Positions 1 through 13,464 of a DNA stretch of 64,000 nucleotides are shown here, one piece after another (the stretch's first letter is position 1; each line of letters begins with the position of its first letter). The notes beneath the pieces were generated by a model, which was given only the letters and a program-made list of their open reading frames with translations, was not told the origin of the DNA and did no database searches. Made by a program: the position numbers and the translations under genes. This DNA is from Octopus sinensis (lineage: Eukaryota). The stretch spans positions 62,930,001-62,994,000 of the forward strand of contig NC_043001.1 in the NCBI RefSeq assembly GCF_006345805.1, read 5' to 3'.

Positions 1-84
1 TATAATCTAAATAATAATATAACGGGGATAAATCGAGTAATATCAACATAGGCCGTCGCAATACAAGTAGTATCAATGATAATG

Positions 85-150
85 GTAAAGATGGTGGTGA
101 TGTTGATGGTGATGATGGTGATGATGATGATGATGATGATGACGCTGATG
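85..150. repeat. (ATG/GAT)n microsatellite
   Basis: Run of atgatgatg; explains the poly-Met start of ORF 76..621. Confidence 0.85.
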
Positions 151-253
151 GAGTTGATGACAGGAATAATAACATTATTAATATCAATAATTGAGGTAAT
201 CAGAGTATGTGACAGAATACTTAAAATTAAATTAGTGCTTCATCATAGTTTAG

Positions 254-3200
254 CAACCATTATATCAGCCTATGCTCCTCAGTCGGGGCTACCCGATGGA
301 CAGAAAGACCGATTCTATGACACTCTACTGCAGACTACCTCGTTGACGAACGACAGAGACCTTCTCTTTGTGGCTGGTGACTTCAATGGTCACGTTGGAC
401 GACATGCTGGGGGCTTCCATAGCGTACATGGAGGATATGGCTATGGTTCCCGCAACGAGGAGGGAACAAGGCTGCTGGAGTTCTGCGATGCAAATAATCT
501 TATGATTTGCAACACTAACTTCAGGAAACCTACCAGCCACCTAGTCACTTACCGATTGGGCCAACATACCAGCCAAATTGACAACATCCTTGCCAGGCAA
601 AGGAGAGATGGCTGCTTATAAATGCCAAAACCTTCCCAGGCGAAGAATGTACCCCACAACATAGACTGGTAGTTAGTGACTTTAGGATCAGGACTAGGGG
701 GACAACCAGAAGACGACCAACATGGAGAAGAGGGATCTGGAAGCTTAAAGATCCTGCAAATGGACAGAGATTTAGGGACATATTACTTGAAGCCTTTGAC
801 GAAGTAGAAGGGGATAGAGCCTCACAGGGGGTAAACTGGACGTTTCTAAGGGACAACCTGCTGAGAGCCACTGACCAGATCTGTGGCTGGTGCAAAGTCC
901 CCTCTCGACCTAGAATAACGTGGTGGTGGAACAATGTTGTAGACAGGGCTATTAGAGAAAAGAGACAGGCTTGGAAGGACTGGAAAAATGGGGGTAGCAG
1001 GGAATTGTATCAGACTGCCAAAAGAGAAGCTAGGAGACAGGTTTATTTAGCCAGAGGGGAAGCAGATAAGAAAAAATTTGCCAATGTTCTGCGCCGTGAG
1101 GACCAAAGACTGGAGGTGTTTCGCGTTGCAAGACAGTGTGTGAGAGAGAATCGTGATGTGGTAGGAGAGAAGTGTGTTCGCATGGAAGATGGTTCACTTG
1201 CGCTAAATGAGGATACAAAGAGAGAGGTTTGAAGACGCCACTATGAAAGGTTGCTGAATAAAGAAAATGAATGGGATAAAGAGAGTCTGCCGAATGTTGA
1301 CCCAACAGAGGGACCAGATATCCGAGTTGATAGTTCCTTGGTAGTTAAGGCAATTAGAAGCATGAAGACAGGGAAAGCCCCAGGCCCATCAGGAATCACT
1401 GCAGAGATGCTCAAAATATCTGGTAGTGTCGGCTATAGCCTAGTCACCCGTATAGTTAATCAGGTGATACACGAAGGAGTCATACCCAATGACTGGTGTA
1501 GCAGCATAATAGTCAACTGCTACAAAGGTAAAGGTGACGCCCTAGATACAAATAATTACAGAGTTATCAAGCTGTTGGATCAGGTGATGAAGGTTACGGA
1601 GAGGGTCATAACGCAACTAATTAGAGAGAGAGTTAGTTTAGATGAGATGCAGTTTGGGTTCGTGCCAGGGAAAAGTACCACTGATGCTATATTCCTGGTA
1701 AGGCAGCTGCAGGAGAAATACCTAGCCAAAGATAAGCCCCTGTACATGGCTTTTGTTGACATGGAGAAAGCATTCGACAGGGTCCCCCGATCCCTTATCT
1801 GGTGATCAATGAGGAAACTAGGGATAGATGAATGGTTAGTGAGAGCTGTGCGAGCCATGTACAGGGACGCTGCTAGTAAGGTGAGGGTTGGCAACGAGTA
1901 CAGTGAAGAATTCCGGGTAGAGGTAGGGGTCCACCAAGGCTCAGTCCTCAGCCCCCTCCTATTTATCATAGTCCTCCAGGCAATAACGGAGGAATTCAAG
2001 ACAGGATGCCCTTGGGAGCTCCTCTATGCTGATGACCTTGCTCTAATTGCTGAGTCACTATCAGAACCGGAGGAAAAGTTTCAGGTGTGGAAACAAGGAT
2101 TAGAATCGAAGGGCCTTAGAGTCAATCTAGCTAAAACCAAAGTCGTAATCAGTAGGAAGGTAGACAAATCACAAACGCCTTCAGGTAGATGGCCCTGCTC
2201 GATCTGTAGAAAAGGTGTAGGTAGAAACTCTATAAGATGCACCAAGTGTAAGCTAACTAGGAAGATGGTTTTTGTATGTGGCAGATGCTCAGGAACAATA
2301 AACACTGAAAATGCTCTGAGACCGTCACTTCCGTCACTTTCCAGGGAGAAAAACTAGAAATAGTTGATAGCTTCCGTTACCTAGGTGACCAAGTCAGCAG
2401 CGGGGGCGGGTGTGCTGAAAGTGTAACTGCTAGAGTAAGAATAGCTTGGGTAAAGTTCAGAGAGCTCTTACCTCTGCTGATGACAAAAGGCCTCTCGCTC
2501 AGAGTAAAAGGCAGACTGTATAATGCGTGTGTACGAACAGCCATGCTACATGGCAGTGAAACATGGGCCGTGACTGCTGAGGATATGCGTAAGCTCGCAA
2601 GAAATGAAGCCAGTATGCTCCGATGGATGCGTAATGTCAGTACTCATACTCGACAGAGTGTAAGTACCTTGAGAGAAAAGCTGGACCTAAGAAGCATCAG
2701 TTGTGGTGTGCAAGAGAGACGTTTGCGCTGGTAGGGGATGTGGCGAGAATGGATGAAGATAGTTGTGTGAAAAAGTGCCACACCCTGGCGGTTGAGGGAA
2801 CCTGTGGAAGAGGCAGACCCAGGAAAACCTGGGACGAGGTGGTGAAGCACGACCTTCGAACTTTAGGTCTCACTGAGGAAATGACTAGAGACCGAGACCT
2901 CTGGAAGTATGCTGTGCGCGAGAAGACCCGGCAGGACAAGTGAGACCATAACCCGTGGCCTTCTACATGGGATGTAGCCAGCCCACGTATGCATACCTTC
3001 CCTTCTTGGGATACAAAACTCTACTTGTGAAGACCTGTTGAGGCAAGTGAGGATCAGAATCGAAATCTATCAATAGAAATTGCAGCTGAGTTACCAGTGC
3101 CGGTGGCACGTAAGAGAACCATCCGTTCGTGACCGTTGCCAGCGCCGCCCCGACTGGCCTCGTGCCGGTGGCACGTAAAAAGCACCATCCGTCCGTGGCC

Positions 3201-3420
3201 GTTTGCCAGCTCCGTCTGGCACCTGTGCGGGTGTCACGTAAAAAGCACCCACTACACTCACGGAGTGGTTGGCGTTAGGAAGGGCATCCAGCCGTAGAAA
3301 CACTGCCAGATCAGACTGGGACTGATGCAGCCTTCTGGCTTCACAGACCCCAGTTGAACCGTCCAACCCATGCTAGCATGGAAAGCGGACGCTAAATGAT
3401 GATGATGATGATGATGATGA
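254..3420 (+). mobile_element. RTE-clade LINE, 5'-truncated and decayed (AP endonuclease + RT + 3'UTR + (TGA)n tail)
   Basis: SAYAPQ and GDFNGHVG (endonuclease); FVDMEKAFDRVPR, GVHQGSVLSPLLF and LLYADD (RT). Broken by stops/frameshifts across ORFs 76-621, 1251-1805, 1809-2357, 2480-2943. Ends in (TGA)n at ~3397-3420. Confidence 0.93.
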
Positions 3421-3859
3421 ATATAACTCATTTTAATTTCTCTATAAATTAGAATGTTTATTTTTTTCAATAACACTCATCCAAATATGTTGGTTAAATT
3501 TCTCATCTCACTTGTTTCCACCAGGTTAAAATTTTACCCAAATATGGTTCGATATATTCTATGACGTAATCTATGAATATACCATATACAACTCTACCAA
3601 AACAGCTGCTGTAATTTTAAATTTGATTCATCTTCATTCTTACACGTACGGCATGGTTCCGATTGACAGTTACTGGATTTGAAACTTACATATCTACACT
3701 GCCCTAGCAACACATGATATCTTCAGGGTGGATTTATTTCACTGTAAAACCTATGCTGTTGTACCTACCAATTGATGTCCTCCGTATTGATGTGCTTAGA
3801 TGCTAATGAATCCAATAACTAATCAATATATATGTGTATGTATGTGTGTGTACATAGTC

Positions 3860-4238
3860 GCAGGAGTGACTGTGTGTTAAGTAGGTTGCTTACCAACCAC
3901 AGGGTTCTGGTTTCAGTCCTACTGCGCGGCACCTTGCGCAAGTGTCTTCTACTATAGCTTCGGGCCGACCAAAGCCTTGTGAGTGGATTTGGTAGATGGA
4001 AACTGAAAGATGCCCGTCGTATATACGTGAGTGTGTGTCTGAGTTTGTCCCCCAGCATCGCTTGACAACTAATGCTGGTGTGTTTATGTCTCCGTAACTT
4101 AGCGTTTCGGCAAAAGAGACCGATGGAATAAGTACTAGGCTTACAAAGAATAAGTCCTGGGGTCGATTTCTTCGACTAAAGGCGGTGCTCCAGCATGGCC
4201 ACAGTCAAATGACTGAAACAAGTAAAAGTGTAAAAAGA

Positions 4239-4240
<2 letters not shown>
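3860..4240 (+). mobile_element. tRNA-derived SINE
   Basis: tRNA-like head, central ggcaccttg(c/g)gcaagtgtcttctactatag block and tail ggtgctccagcatggccacagtcaaatgactgaaac. Homologous copies at 14486-14820 and 30795-31437. Confidence 0.85.
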
Positions 4241-4272
<32 letters not shown>

Positions 4273-4277
<5 letters not shown>

Positions 4278-4868
4278 TAAAGGGTGAAATATAATTAATT
4301 TAATAAAATCAACAAAGTAGTTTTTGGGTATGAAAAAGGACCATATTCGGTATAATTATATATAATTATAACAATAAGGTCTTTGCAACAGGTTGCTAGA
4401 CCATAGTTCACCCTTTATCTGTATTGATTATTTTATTCCCCTACGACGGAACTACGAATTCATTTTCGGCAGTATTATTTGTGACTCACGTGGGGTAAAT
4501 TCTGGAGGGAGATACGAATTCACTTGTCCATATAAATGTGGATATGCTGGTGGGCTTCTATTTGTCCGATGTCGCTTGTTCGGAATATGGTGGTAAGATT
4601 TTTCTAGCATTTTCAGATTTATTTATCGGAATATTATGTTGATAAAGGAAATGAATCTCTGATATTAATCCAGAAACGTGCGTCCATAATTGACCGGACA
4701 TTGTTTGATTTCGTTATTTTTCTTGGTTTTTTTTTTTGCCATAGTGAATTACAAATACTGTTGTTTGTGGGACATATTTTTGTAGTAAAAGAAATAACAG
4801 TCGTCTGGCTGCTATTTCTAATACTTTCGGTATGTGGTCTAGCAACCTGTTGCAAAGACCCTCATTGT

Positions 4869-4873
<5 letters not shown>
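4273..4873. mobile_element. Penelope-type pseudo-LTR piece with inverted terminal segment
   Basis: 38-39 bp inverted repeat (4366-4403 / 4835-4873). Left end is homologous to the start of the 562-bp unit at 17881. Carries an HHR at 4633-4690 and the GGCTGCTATTTCTAA motif at ~4807. Confidence 0.65.
4633..4690 (+). ncRNA. Type I hammerhead ribozyme, U3-A8 covariant
   Basis: ATTATG|TTGATAA|A-GGA...TCC-A|GAAAC GTGC GTC|CATAAT: 6-bp stem I, GUC cleavage triplet. Confidence 0.6.
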
Positions 4874-4908
<35 letters not shown>

Positions 4909-4996
4909 AATATATATGTATATTTATATATGTGTATATATATATGCATATATATGCATTTACATATACATATATATACATATGTATATATACACA

Positions 4997-5028
<32 letters not shown>

Positions 5029-5029
5029 T

Positions 5030-5660
5030 AGGAGACACTGATGGTCCTACGGAAAACATTCGTCCTCAGCCGCTTGGACTACTGCTCCCAACTGTGGTCA
5101 CCACACAATATAAAACTAACAGCAGAACTCGAAGCAATTCAGAGAAGCTACACAAAGAAAATCGTCTCAATGCAAAATATCAGCTACTGGGAAAGACTGA
5201 AGGTATTAAACTTCTTCTCCCTAGAGTGGAGGCGGGAGAGATATGCGGTGATATACATCTGGAAATCCTGGAGGGTCTTGACCCAACTTTGGCATTCAAA
5301 GTTACCCCAACCGCACAACGGGGCGCCACTGCATGGTGCCAAGGATTCCAACATCACCATCAAAATACAGGTCCAGATACTGCAACAGCTTGGGTTTCAG
5401 AGGACTACAGCTCTTTAACATCCTCTCTAAATGCCTGAGAGACTTACATGGTGTGGATGTGGGTTTCTTTAAAATTAAACTGGATCTCTTCTTGTCGGGA
5501 GTCCCAAATGAACCTACTTCACGACAGGAGACAGATGCGGGCAGCAGCATCGAACTCCCTTGTTGATCAAGTGCCACGTATCAGAGGTGGATTCACAAAT
5601 TAGTGTAGCTCATTCAGTGGTGGTGCCCCAGCATGGCCGCGGCCTTCGGGCTAAAACATT
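5030..5660 (+). mobile_element. CR1-group LINE 3' fragment
   Basis: LSRLDYCSQLWSP, ELEAIQRSYTKKI and RRERY C-terminal motifs; homologous to 37995-39000 (-); ends in a stem-loop tail at 5621-5660. Confidence 0.85.
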
Positions 5661-7234
5661 TTTTTAGGATATATATATATATATATGGCTACGAAACTGC
5701 ATGGCAAAATGTCAACATGTTAAGAAATACACTGAAATCTGACATAAGCTGGGTACGATTTTCTCTCGCTTGTGTACATGCATCCTCACACATTCACACT
5801 CACTCAGAAACAGATCTATAAACGTGCGTGATAATAAGCACACAAATAAATATAGATATATTCTCTCCATATATTTATGTATTTATTTATGTATATATTT
5901 ATATGGGTATGGGTACACATTTTCATCGAAAATTGTGTGTACATGTACATATATATATGTAGCTGGGAGACATTGTATACATGTGTAAATTATATTTTAG
6001 ATGTATATATTTATAATTATAGGTATGTCTATATTTGTATGCTTATGTATGTTTATACAGATATATATATATATATATATATACATACGAACATATACAC
6101 ATACGCCTTATATGAGTTCATGCATGTGTTTATTTCTACATATTTATTCAAGCTACGTAAGTAATTCAAAGGCCTACATTTTTGTAAATGTCACTTAACA
6201 AATTGAATTATAAATAAAAATCTTTCTTTCTATTTCTGAATATTTAATTACGATTGTTCTAAAGAAGGTGTCGACTAGAAGAAAAAAAAAACATTGACAT
6301 ATCACGTGATAATTCAATATTTTCGAAATCTGTCATTGTAGCAAAGACAATATGAACCGAAAAAAATTATTCTTAAAATCATGAGTAACGTCAAACACAA
6401 AACTATATACAAACATACACGCACATATGAAATATTGAAACGCGCATGTGAAAATGTATAAATGCATGTATGTGTATTTCTGCACGTGCATCCGTAAGTG
6501 TGTATATGCAAGTATACTTACACATGAATAAAACACTGTGAGACATTTACGTATGTATGTATATCATATATGCATGTAAGTCTTTATACAAGCATTTACA
6601 CAAGCCGTAATCCAATGAACTGAACAAGTAGAAGATAAAATATATACACATATATTCATACATATAGTGTGTGTTGTGTGTGTATGAGTGTTTCTATACA
6701 TGTGTTTCGTGTGTGTATGTGTATTCATTTGTAACTGTATATATAAACATGTTCTCTTTTAATCGGCAGAAATTGAAAACTATTAAATAAAAAAAAATTA
6801 TGTGCTAGCTCTATCAACTTTTTCTTTGTCCCACTGAATCTATATGTATATATACATGTGCGTTGTAACTATGTGTGATCGTGCATGTCTCTCTACATGT
6901 ATACATATTTACATGTATACATATATATATATATATATATATATATTCATACGTAAGCACATAAACACTTGTGTCAGTGTGTCTGTGTGTGTCTTTATAT
7001 ATGTTTGTGTATTGTCGACGCTATGTCTACAGGAGATGTAGATTGTAGTTCTATGACATTTTTCTGTTAATCCAATATTCATAAGCTATTGTTTGTAGCT
7101 TTATGAGCTTCGAATACCATTCTCCTCAAAACTTAGTAGCAATTTAAGTATTGATAGTTAATGGGTTCGATGTGGTGCTGAAGAAAGGACAATAACTCGT
7201 GAAACGTGCATATACATCGATTTTACCTAATTTT

Positions 7235-7653
7235 TACTATATTCAGGAACCATTTGAGGGAAATGAGCCACAAAACCTGAAGAAAATTCTACCTAGGCCC
7301 CACCTGCATGTATTCGACAGAAACCCACAAGTCAGGCACTGGATGAGTGTGTGCAAAACATTTTCTTCCCTATCTGTGCATCTCGGGCAAGCCCGACTAA
7401 CTGTTCTTCAATGCTTGAAGAGTTTCTCCACAAAGTCCTCCACAACAAGGAGCCAGTTTATTCTCGTTGACACCCAGAGCTTGTCCGAGAACGTTGGCGC
7501 TCTTTCCCGCCAGGAAACTTCTAAAGAACGCCAAAGTGGAACTTCCACTGACTTTATTTCTTGACTGGCTGAGATCTGTGAGTGCCTGAAGTCATTCAAG
7601 ATGCCAGGCACCAAAGTTCGGTCTACACTTGATGCAGGACAGCAGCGCAGTCA
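7235..7653 (-). mobile_element. Tx1/L1-clade ORF2 C-terminal (zf-RVT-like) remnant
   Basis: Minus-strand translation gives ACPRCTDREENVLHTLIQC, matching TCPRCGQDSETVHHAFVHC of the Tx1 element at ~29480; multiple stops. Confidence 0.65.
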
Positions 7654-8745
7654 AAGAAGAAGAAGAAGAAGAAGAAGAAGAAGAAGAAGAAGAAGAAGAA
7701 GAAGAATTGGAAGAAGAAGAAGAAGAAGAAGAAGAAGAAGAAGAAGAATTGAAGAAGAAGAAGAAGAATTGGAAGAAGAAGAAGAAGAAGAAGAATTGGA
7801 GAAGAAGAAGAAGAAGAATTGGAAGAAGAAGAAGAAGAAGAAGAAGAAGAAGAAGAATTGGAAGAAAAGAAGAAGAGAAGAAGAAGAAGAAGAAGAAGAA
7901 GAAGAAGAATAGGAAGAAGAAGAAGAAGAAGAAGAACTGGAAGAAGAAGAAGAAGAAGAAGAAGAAGAAGAAGAAGAATTGGAAGAAGAAGAAGAAGAAG
8001 AAGAAGAATTGGAAGAAGAAGAAGAAGAAGAAGAAGAAGAAGAATTGGAAGAAGAAGAAGAAGAAGAAGAAGAAGAATAGGAAGAAGAAGAAGAAGAAGA
8101 ATTGGAAGAAGAAGAAGAACTGGAAGAAGAAGAAGAAGAAGAATTGGAAGAAGAAGAAGAAGAAGAAGAAGAATAGGAAGAAGAAGAAGAAGAAGAAGAA
8201 GAAGAAGAAGAAGAAAGAGAAGAAGAAGAAGAAGAAGAAGAAGAAGAATTGGAAGAAGAAGAAGAACTGGAAGAAGAAGAATAAGAAGAAGAACTGGAAG
8301 AAGAAGAATAAGAAGAAGAAGAAGAAGAAAATTGGAAGAATAAGAAAAAGAAGTAGAAGAAGAAGAGAAGAAGAAGAAGAAGAGAAGAAGAAGAAGAAGA
8401 ATAGAAGAAGAAGAAGAAGAAGAAGAAGAAGAAGAAGAAGAACTGGAAGAAGAGAAGAAGAAAGAAGAAGAAGAAGAAGAAGAAGAAGGGGAAGAAGAAG
8501 AAGAGAAGAAGAAGAGAAGAAGAGAAGAAGAAGAAGAAGAATAGGAAGAAAAGAAGAAGAAGAAGAATTGGAAGAAGAAGAAGAACTGGAAGAAGAAAGA
8601 AGAAGAATTGGAAGAAGAAGAAAAGAGAAGAAGAAGAAGAAGAAGAAGAAGAAGAAGAAGAAGAAGAAGAAGAAGAAGAAGAATAGGAAGAAGAAGAAGA
8701 AGAAGGAAGAAGAAGAAGAAGAAAAGAAGAAGAAGAAAAGAAGAA
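7654..8745. repeat. ~1.1-kb interrupted (GAA)n polypurine tract
   Basis: GAA runs punctuated by TTG/CTG/TAG triplets. Confidence 0.97.
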
Positions 8746-8930
8746 AAGTTTTAACCAAGGCAACGATTATTCCTGTAGTAATTGGTGCACTTGGTAAAGC
8801 ACCAGAAATGATATCTAAAACGAATGACTGAGTCTGAAACTGAATCGCTTTGTCGACCTTCAGAAAATTACCATATTTTGTAAGAATTCTTAAGGGGATT
8901 CTTGAGATTTGAGGACACTCGCTGTCATCA
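8746..8930 (+). mobile_element. R4/Dong-like (restriction-like endonuclease) LINE C-terminal remnant
   Basis: KATIIPVVIGALG followed by LQKITI and RILKGILEI*, typical of the RLE C-terminus. Confidence 0.6.
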
Positions 8931-9459
8931 AACAACGTGACAAAATATCTGCTAAATCAGTATTCACTATCGTTATAATAAACGTGATTATAACAACAAT
9001 GGCTTCTGATTTAGACAACAGACAAAAAATTGTTTTCATCCCATCCATCACTTATGTGTGGCGTGAGGTGTTTGTATATTCAATTTTTGTATTCATGTAT
9101 ATATGTATGTGTCTACGTACAAATCGTATATATCTATTAACACTTCAAGCTGCATTGCATGAGATTATGAGAAAGAGTTTATTTCTTAATATTGTTTTGG
9201 GAACTACAATGGAATGTCGGGTGTTTTTCAATTGCATTTTACATGAAACTCCATTGGTTTTTCAACAAAAGATTCAGAAATAGTTATATTGTAATTATCT
9301 TTTCACGTATATAAAAAGAAACGTTGTAATTTATCACTTGGGTTTATTTTGTCGTAGTTAAAACTCTAACCTCGCGTTTCATTTATTTAGTGAAATTTAT
9401 ATATTCCCTCCCTTTCGCCTGCTGAGTTGGAGTTCTCCATTTTTCAATCCCATCCTATA

Positions 9460-9463
9460 TGAG

Positions 9464-9508
<45 letters not shown>

Positions 9509-9880
9509 ACATATACATATATGAATGTCCCTAAACACACGCACACACACACGTTTGTATGCGTTAACATGCACGCACGCACGCATACATGTATATATAT
9601 ATATATATGAATGTGCGTGTGTTTATGTGTGTGTATGCGTGATCATCTGTGTGTATGTGTGTGAGTATATATACATATAATATATATATATATATATTCA
9701 GACACATGCATATACATGCATAATATACACAGAAGCATACATGCTTATATACATACATACACATACGCACACACTCATATGTATATATATATATATATAA
9801 TATATATATATACTTATATATACTCATATAGCTTATGTAGATTTATGTATACGAATGTGTATATGTGTATACATATACTT

Positions 9881-9933
<53 letters not shown>

Positions 9934-10104
9934 CACCTATATATGTATATTTCTACATTCATATATATACATATCTAACTATATCAGATATATGTAGTCA
10001 TAAATGTGTATGTGCTAAACTATGTATACATATGAATTTATGAACGCACACACACACACACACATACATACATACATACATACATACATACATACATACA
10101 TACA

Positions 10105-10135
<31 letters not shown>
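9460..10135. repeat. Compound (TA)/(GA)/(CA)/(CATA)n microsatellite field
   Basis: Direct reading; pure (CATA)n at ~10062-10135. Confidence 0.9.
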
Positions 10136-10139
<4 letters not shown>

Positions 10140-11326
10140 GGAGGGTGAGGGAGAGGGAGATAGATTCTTACAATACGTTTCTGGGAATTAGGAAGCGCAG
10201 ATTATCTTTTTCAACAGAGGTTAGAAGAAACCTACACAAGTTATTGAAACTAAAATAAATTAGATGTGAAACAAATGCTATGGAATAATTTTAGCTTTGC
10301 ACTCATCTTTGTTTCTATTTCATACAAACGTAGAATTGAAATCTGTAGAAAGCAGGCGTTTTGAGGAAAACAAAAAGAAAATACATTTCGAAAAACAAAA
10401 TTTAATTAATGCTGAAAAGTCGTAAAACCCAAGAGAAATGTTTGAACTCAAGGCATGTATGCTCCAATATGCAATATTGAAATTGCATTGAGTATGATAT
10501 CACATGATATCAACGTTACTTTGATTGGTTTGGGAGCAAACTGAAATATGGTTCCATTCAGTTATTTTCAGTACGAAGATGAGAGTTTTCAATATAGTTG
10601 GGAATCGACAATATCAATTACTTTACTTTTTTGTTTTCATCTTAATATATATTCTTTGTTACTTATTACACCGTCAAGTTCCTTAGGGAGACATGCTTCA
10701 AAGAAATGAAATGTTATTTAAAATTAAAATACTGAAGCAATCACGATGACATAAAGTTGGTCTATTCTTTACAAACTGGAATCGAACTCAACACGAAGGT
10801 TAAAGAACTGAAAGAATATGATACTGCGGTACCTCGTTGTACGTCGATATCTTCTTTGAGGATTATGTTATCTCAAGATAATGCTATTAATCTCACATGT
10901 GTCAATTTAACACGTAACAGGTTGTCTTCAACAAAACATTAACATCCTATGAAGCGGTTACGGAAATAAGGCTGCATGTTTAAGAACAGCTTTTACAGGT
11001 CTTTAAATTCTGTTTCAAATTATTACTTTGTGAGTAAAACTTAATTGATTTATGTTTAACTCAATCTACGAGATTAAATTCCTTAATACAGACACTTTAC
11101 TTATACAACTTCCTTCACTTTTGTCACCTAAGTATATCGGAGATGTCATCCTCATCATCATCATTACTATCACCACCAGTATCATTATCATCAACAACTG
11201 TAAGTTGAAAATTATTTTTCTAACATCGTTTCAAATATTTTCTGGACTTATTTATTGAATCCCGATAAAACATTTGTCAACTCGTATCCACTTCATATTA
11301 TTTAGAATACTTTTCAGCTTATTTAC

Positions 11327-12301
11327 TGAAACGTGAATTTTTATTACAGTTATTAATATGCAATAAACACAGAACGAAGATCCAGGTATCGGACAAAAGA
11401 TCTTAAAGTAGTTAGTTTCGTTTCTATAAGTTCTGACCCAGAAATTCAGCAGCTATCATGAAGTGATGATGAATTATATTTGTATAACCTTACTAGAATT
11501 GTGTGGCTTTACGCAAATGTAAAGTATAAATGGGGGAACCGTTGGCATCAGAGAGTAAATATTAACAAAGTATTAAACTTTGATTCTTTACATATTTTCT
11601 TTTTCTTGTGGACATATAAAATATGAAAAACAAATCGAAGAGAATATGGCTGCATGTTCTTTACTTTTCGTAATCGTATAATACAAGTCAGTTATTTGAC
11701 ATTCTAAAATTTGTCGTTTCAAATATTGTCATGCATGATATAAATCATTTTAGCAGAGGGTAACTTGATTGAATCGACATGGGAACGTGTTAAATGATGC
11801 TATATGTAGTTAAGACCGTGCAAAGTTGAACTGAACTTGGGGAAACAAAATCAAATAGCATAGGATGATATGTACCCCAATACTGTAGTGATTCTAGCGG
11901 CACGTATTCTAGCGGCACGTCTATATAATAATCGTGTTTTACTTTGACCTGATGTTTTGACTTCTATGGGTGTGATATTGAGTATACTGGAACAGTTATG
12001 CTACCTATTTTATATGTCGACAAGAAAAAGAAAATATGTAAAGAATCAAAGTTCAACACTTTGTTAACATTTACTCTCAGATACCAACGGTTCCCCCATT
12101 TATACTTTACATTTCCGTAAAGCCACACTATTCCAGTAAGATTATACTAATATAATTCATCATTACTTCACGATAGCTGCTGAATTTCTGGGTCAGAACT
12201 TATAGAAATGAAACTAACTACTCTAAGATCTTTTGTCAGATAACTGGATCTTTGTTCTGCGTTTATTGCATATAATAACTATAATAAAAATTCACGTTTC
12301 A
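11327..12301. mobile_element. Fold-back/MITE-like element with ~300-bp imperfect terminal inverted repeats
   Basis: 11327-11625 is the diverged reverse complement of ~12007-12301 (tgaaacgtgaatt...ggacatataaaata / tattttatatgtcgac...aattcacgtttca). No clear TSD. Confidence 0.75.
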
Positions 12302-13464
12302 ATGTTTTTTTTGTTTCTTTCTCAATAAAAATTGCCTTTACAGAAAGGTTTTGTTTTTTTTCTCCACTATACCGTGACAGTGTGGCTGACAAATTTGACA
12401 CTGAGAATGACTTTATTCAAAGCATTTGACCGAAATATTTTTCAAGCTTTTATCTATCTGACACACACTCAACATCAATGGACCCCATAAGAAGGTGACG
12501 TTCAATATGAGTTTGTAAATTGTCGTGCAGTATTATTTACATTACCAGCACCATCCACCACCACTAGTTTGACTGATGTACAAACAACATGACCTGCCAT
12601 TACTGCTTTCGGTTGTATTTTTAGACAATCATTTTTATAGACACCTGAGTGAGAAAATACTGTCCAATTATATTCTGCTAACGTTCTGTTTTCTCAAACA
12701 GGTGACAATAGACGTTCTACATGCCCGCACAGTAAAACAATCGGCCAGCATTTGATGTTTGGATAATAATCGGTTTTGTTGATTTTTATTTTTCCCTGCA
12801 GTTCGATTAGTGATTATAGCGTGATGCTTTAAAGCATGATAACGCCTCACCTCCAACATAATATTTCCTGGTTAATTAGTTTATTCTCCGATGTTATGTT
12901 CTTTATCTACATTTAAGCACAAAGAATTTGAGTAAGTCTCCTCACATAGAGTGGTAGCTTATTGCACTTATTGCATCAACGCCTTAAGATTTAACACGAA
13001 AGAAAATGAAAGCACAACACTTTCTGCCACAAATTGTTGGGTTTGCATGCTGACTATCTGCCACATCGATACACAATCACGATACGCGTAGCATTCATTG
13101 TGGACGAGATATTGCAATAAATTCAAAATTGCACTGAGATGCATAACAAGGATTAATCTTTCCACGCGTAAAGGTTTACGCGTGCAATGTTGTAATGCCT
13201 GTTAGTAATTCAAATACCAAAGATTACGATAATCTCATGTAGAATATTAATGTTTCACGAAAGGAACAATACTAAAAATAAATTTGCATGCATTAATGTG
13301 TAACTTCAAGCCTTATTTAAGCAAACAACACAAAGAATGTCATATGACAATTCTTCACCGAGTGAACCTTTTCACAACTAATTATAACGTGAGCGCTTGT
13401 ATGTATATGTATATATAAATACTCACACACACATATACATACATATATATATACATATATATAA

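Noticed and set aside
4366-4873. Mariner-type MITE with 38-bp TIRs and TA TSD
   Set aside because: Homology continues beyond the left repeat into a PLE-type end and the interior carries an HHR; an inverted pseudo-LTR explains it better, though a MITE is not formally excluded.
7592-8935. 370-447 aa poly-E/K/R/F/S ORFs
   Set aside because: Artefacts of the (GAA)n tract.
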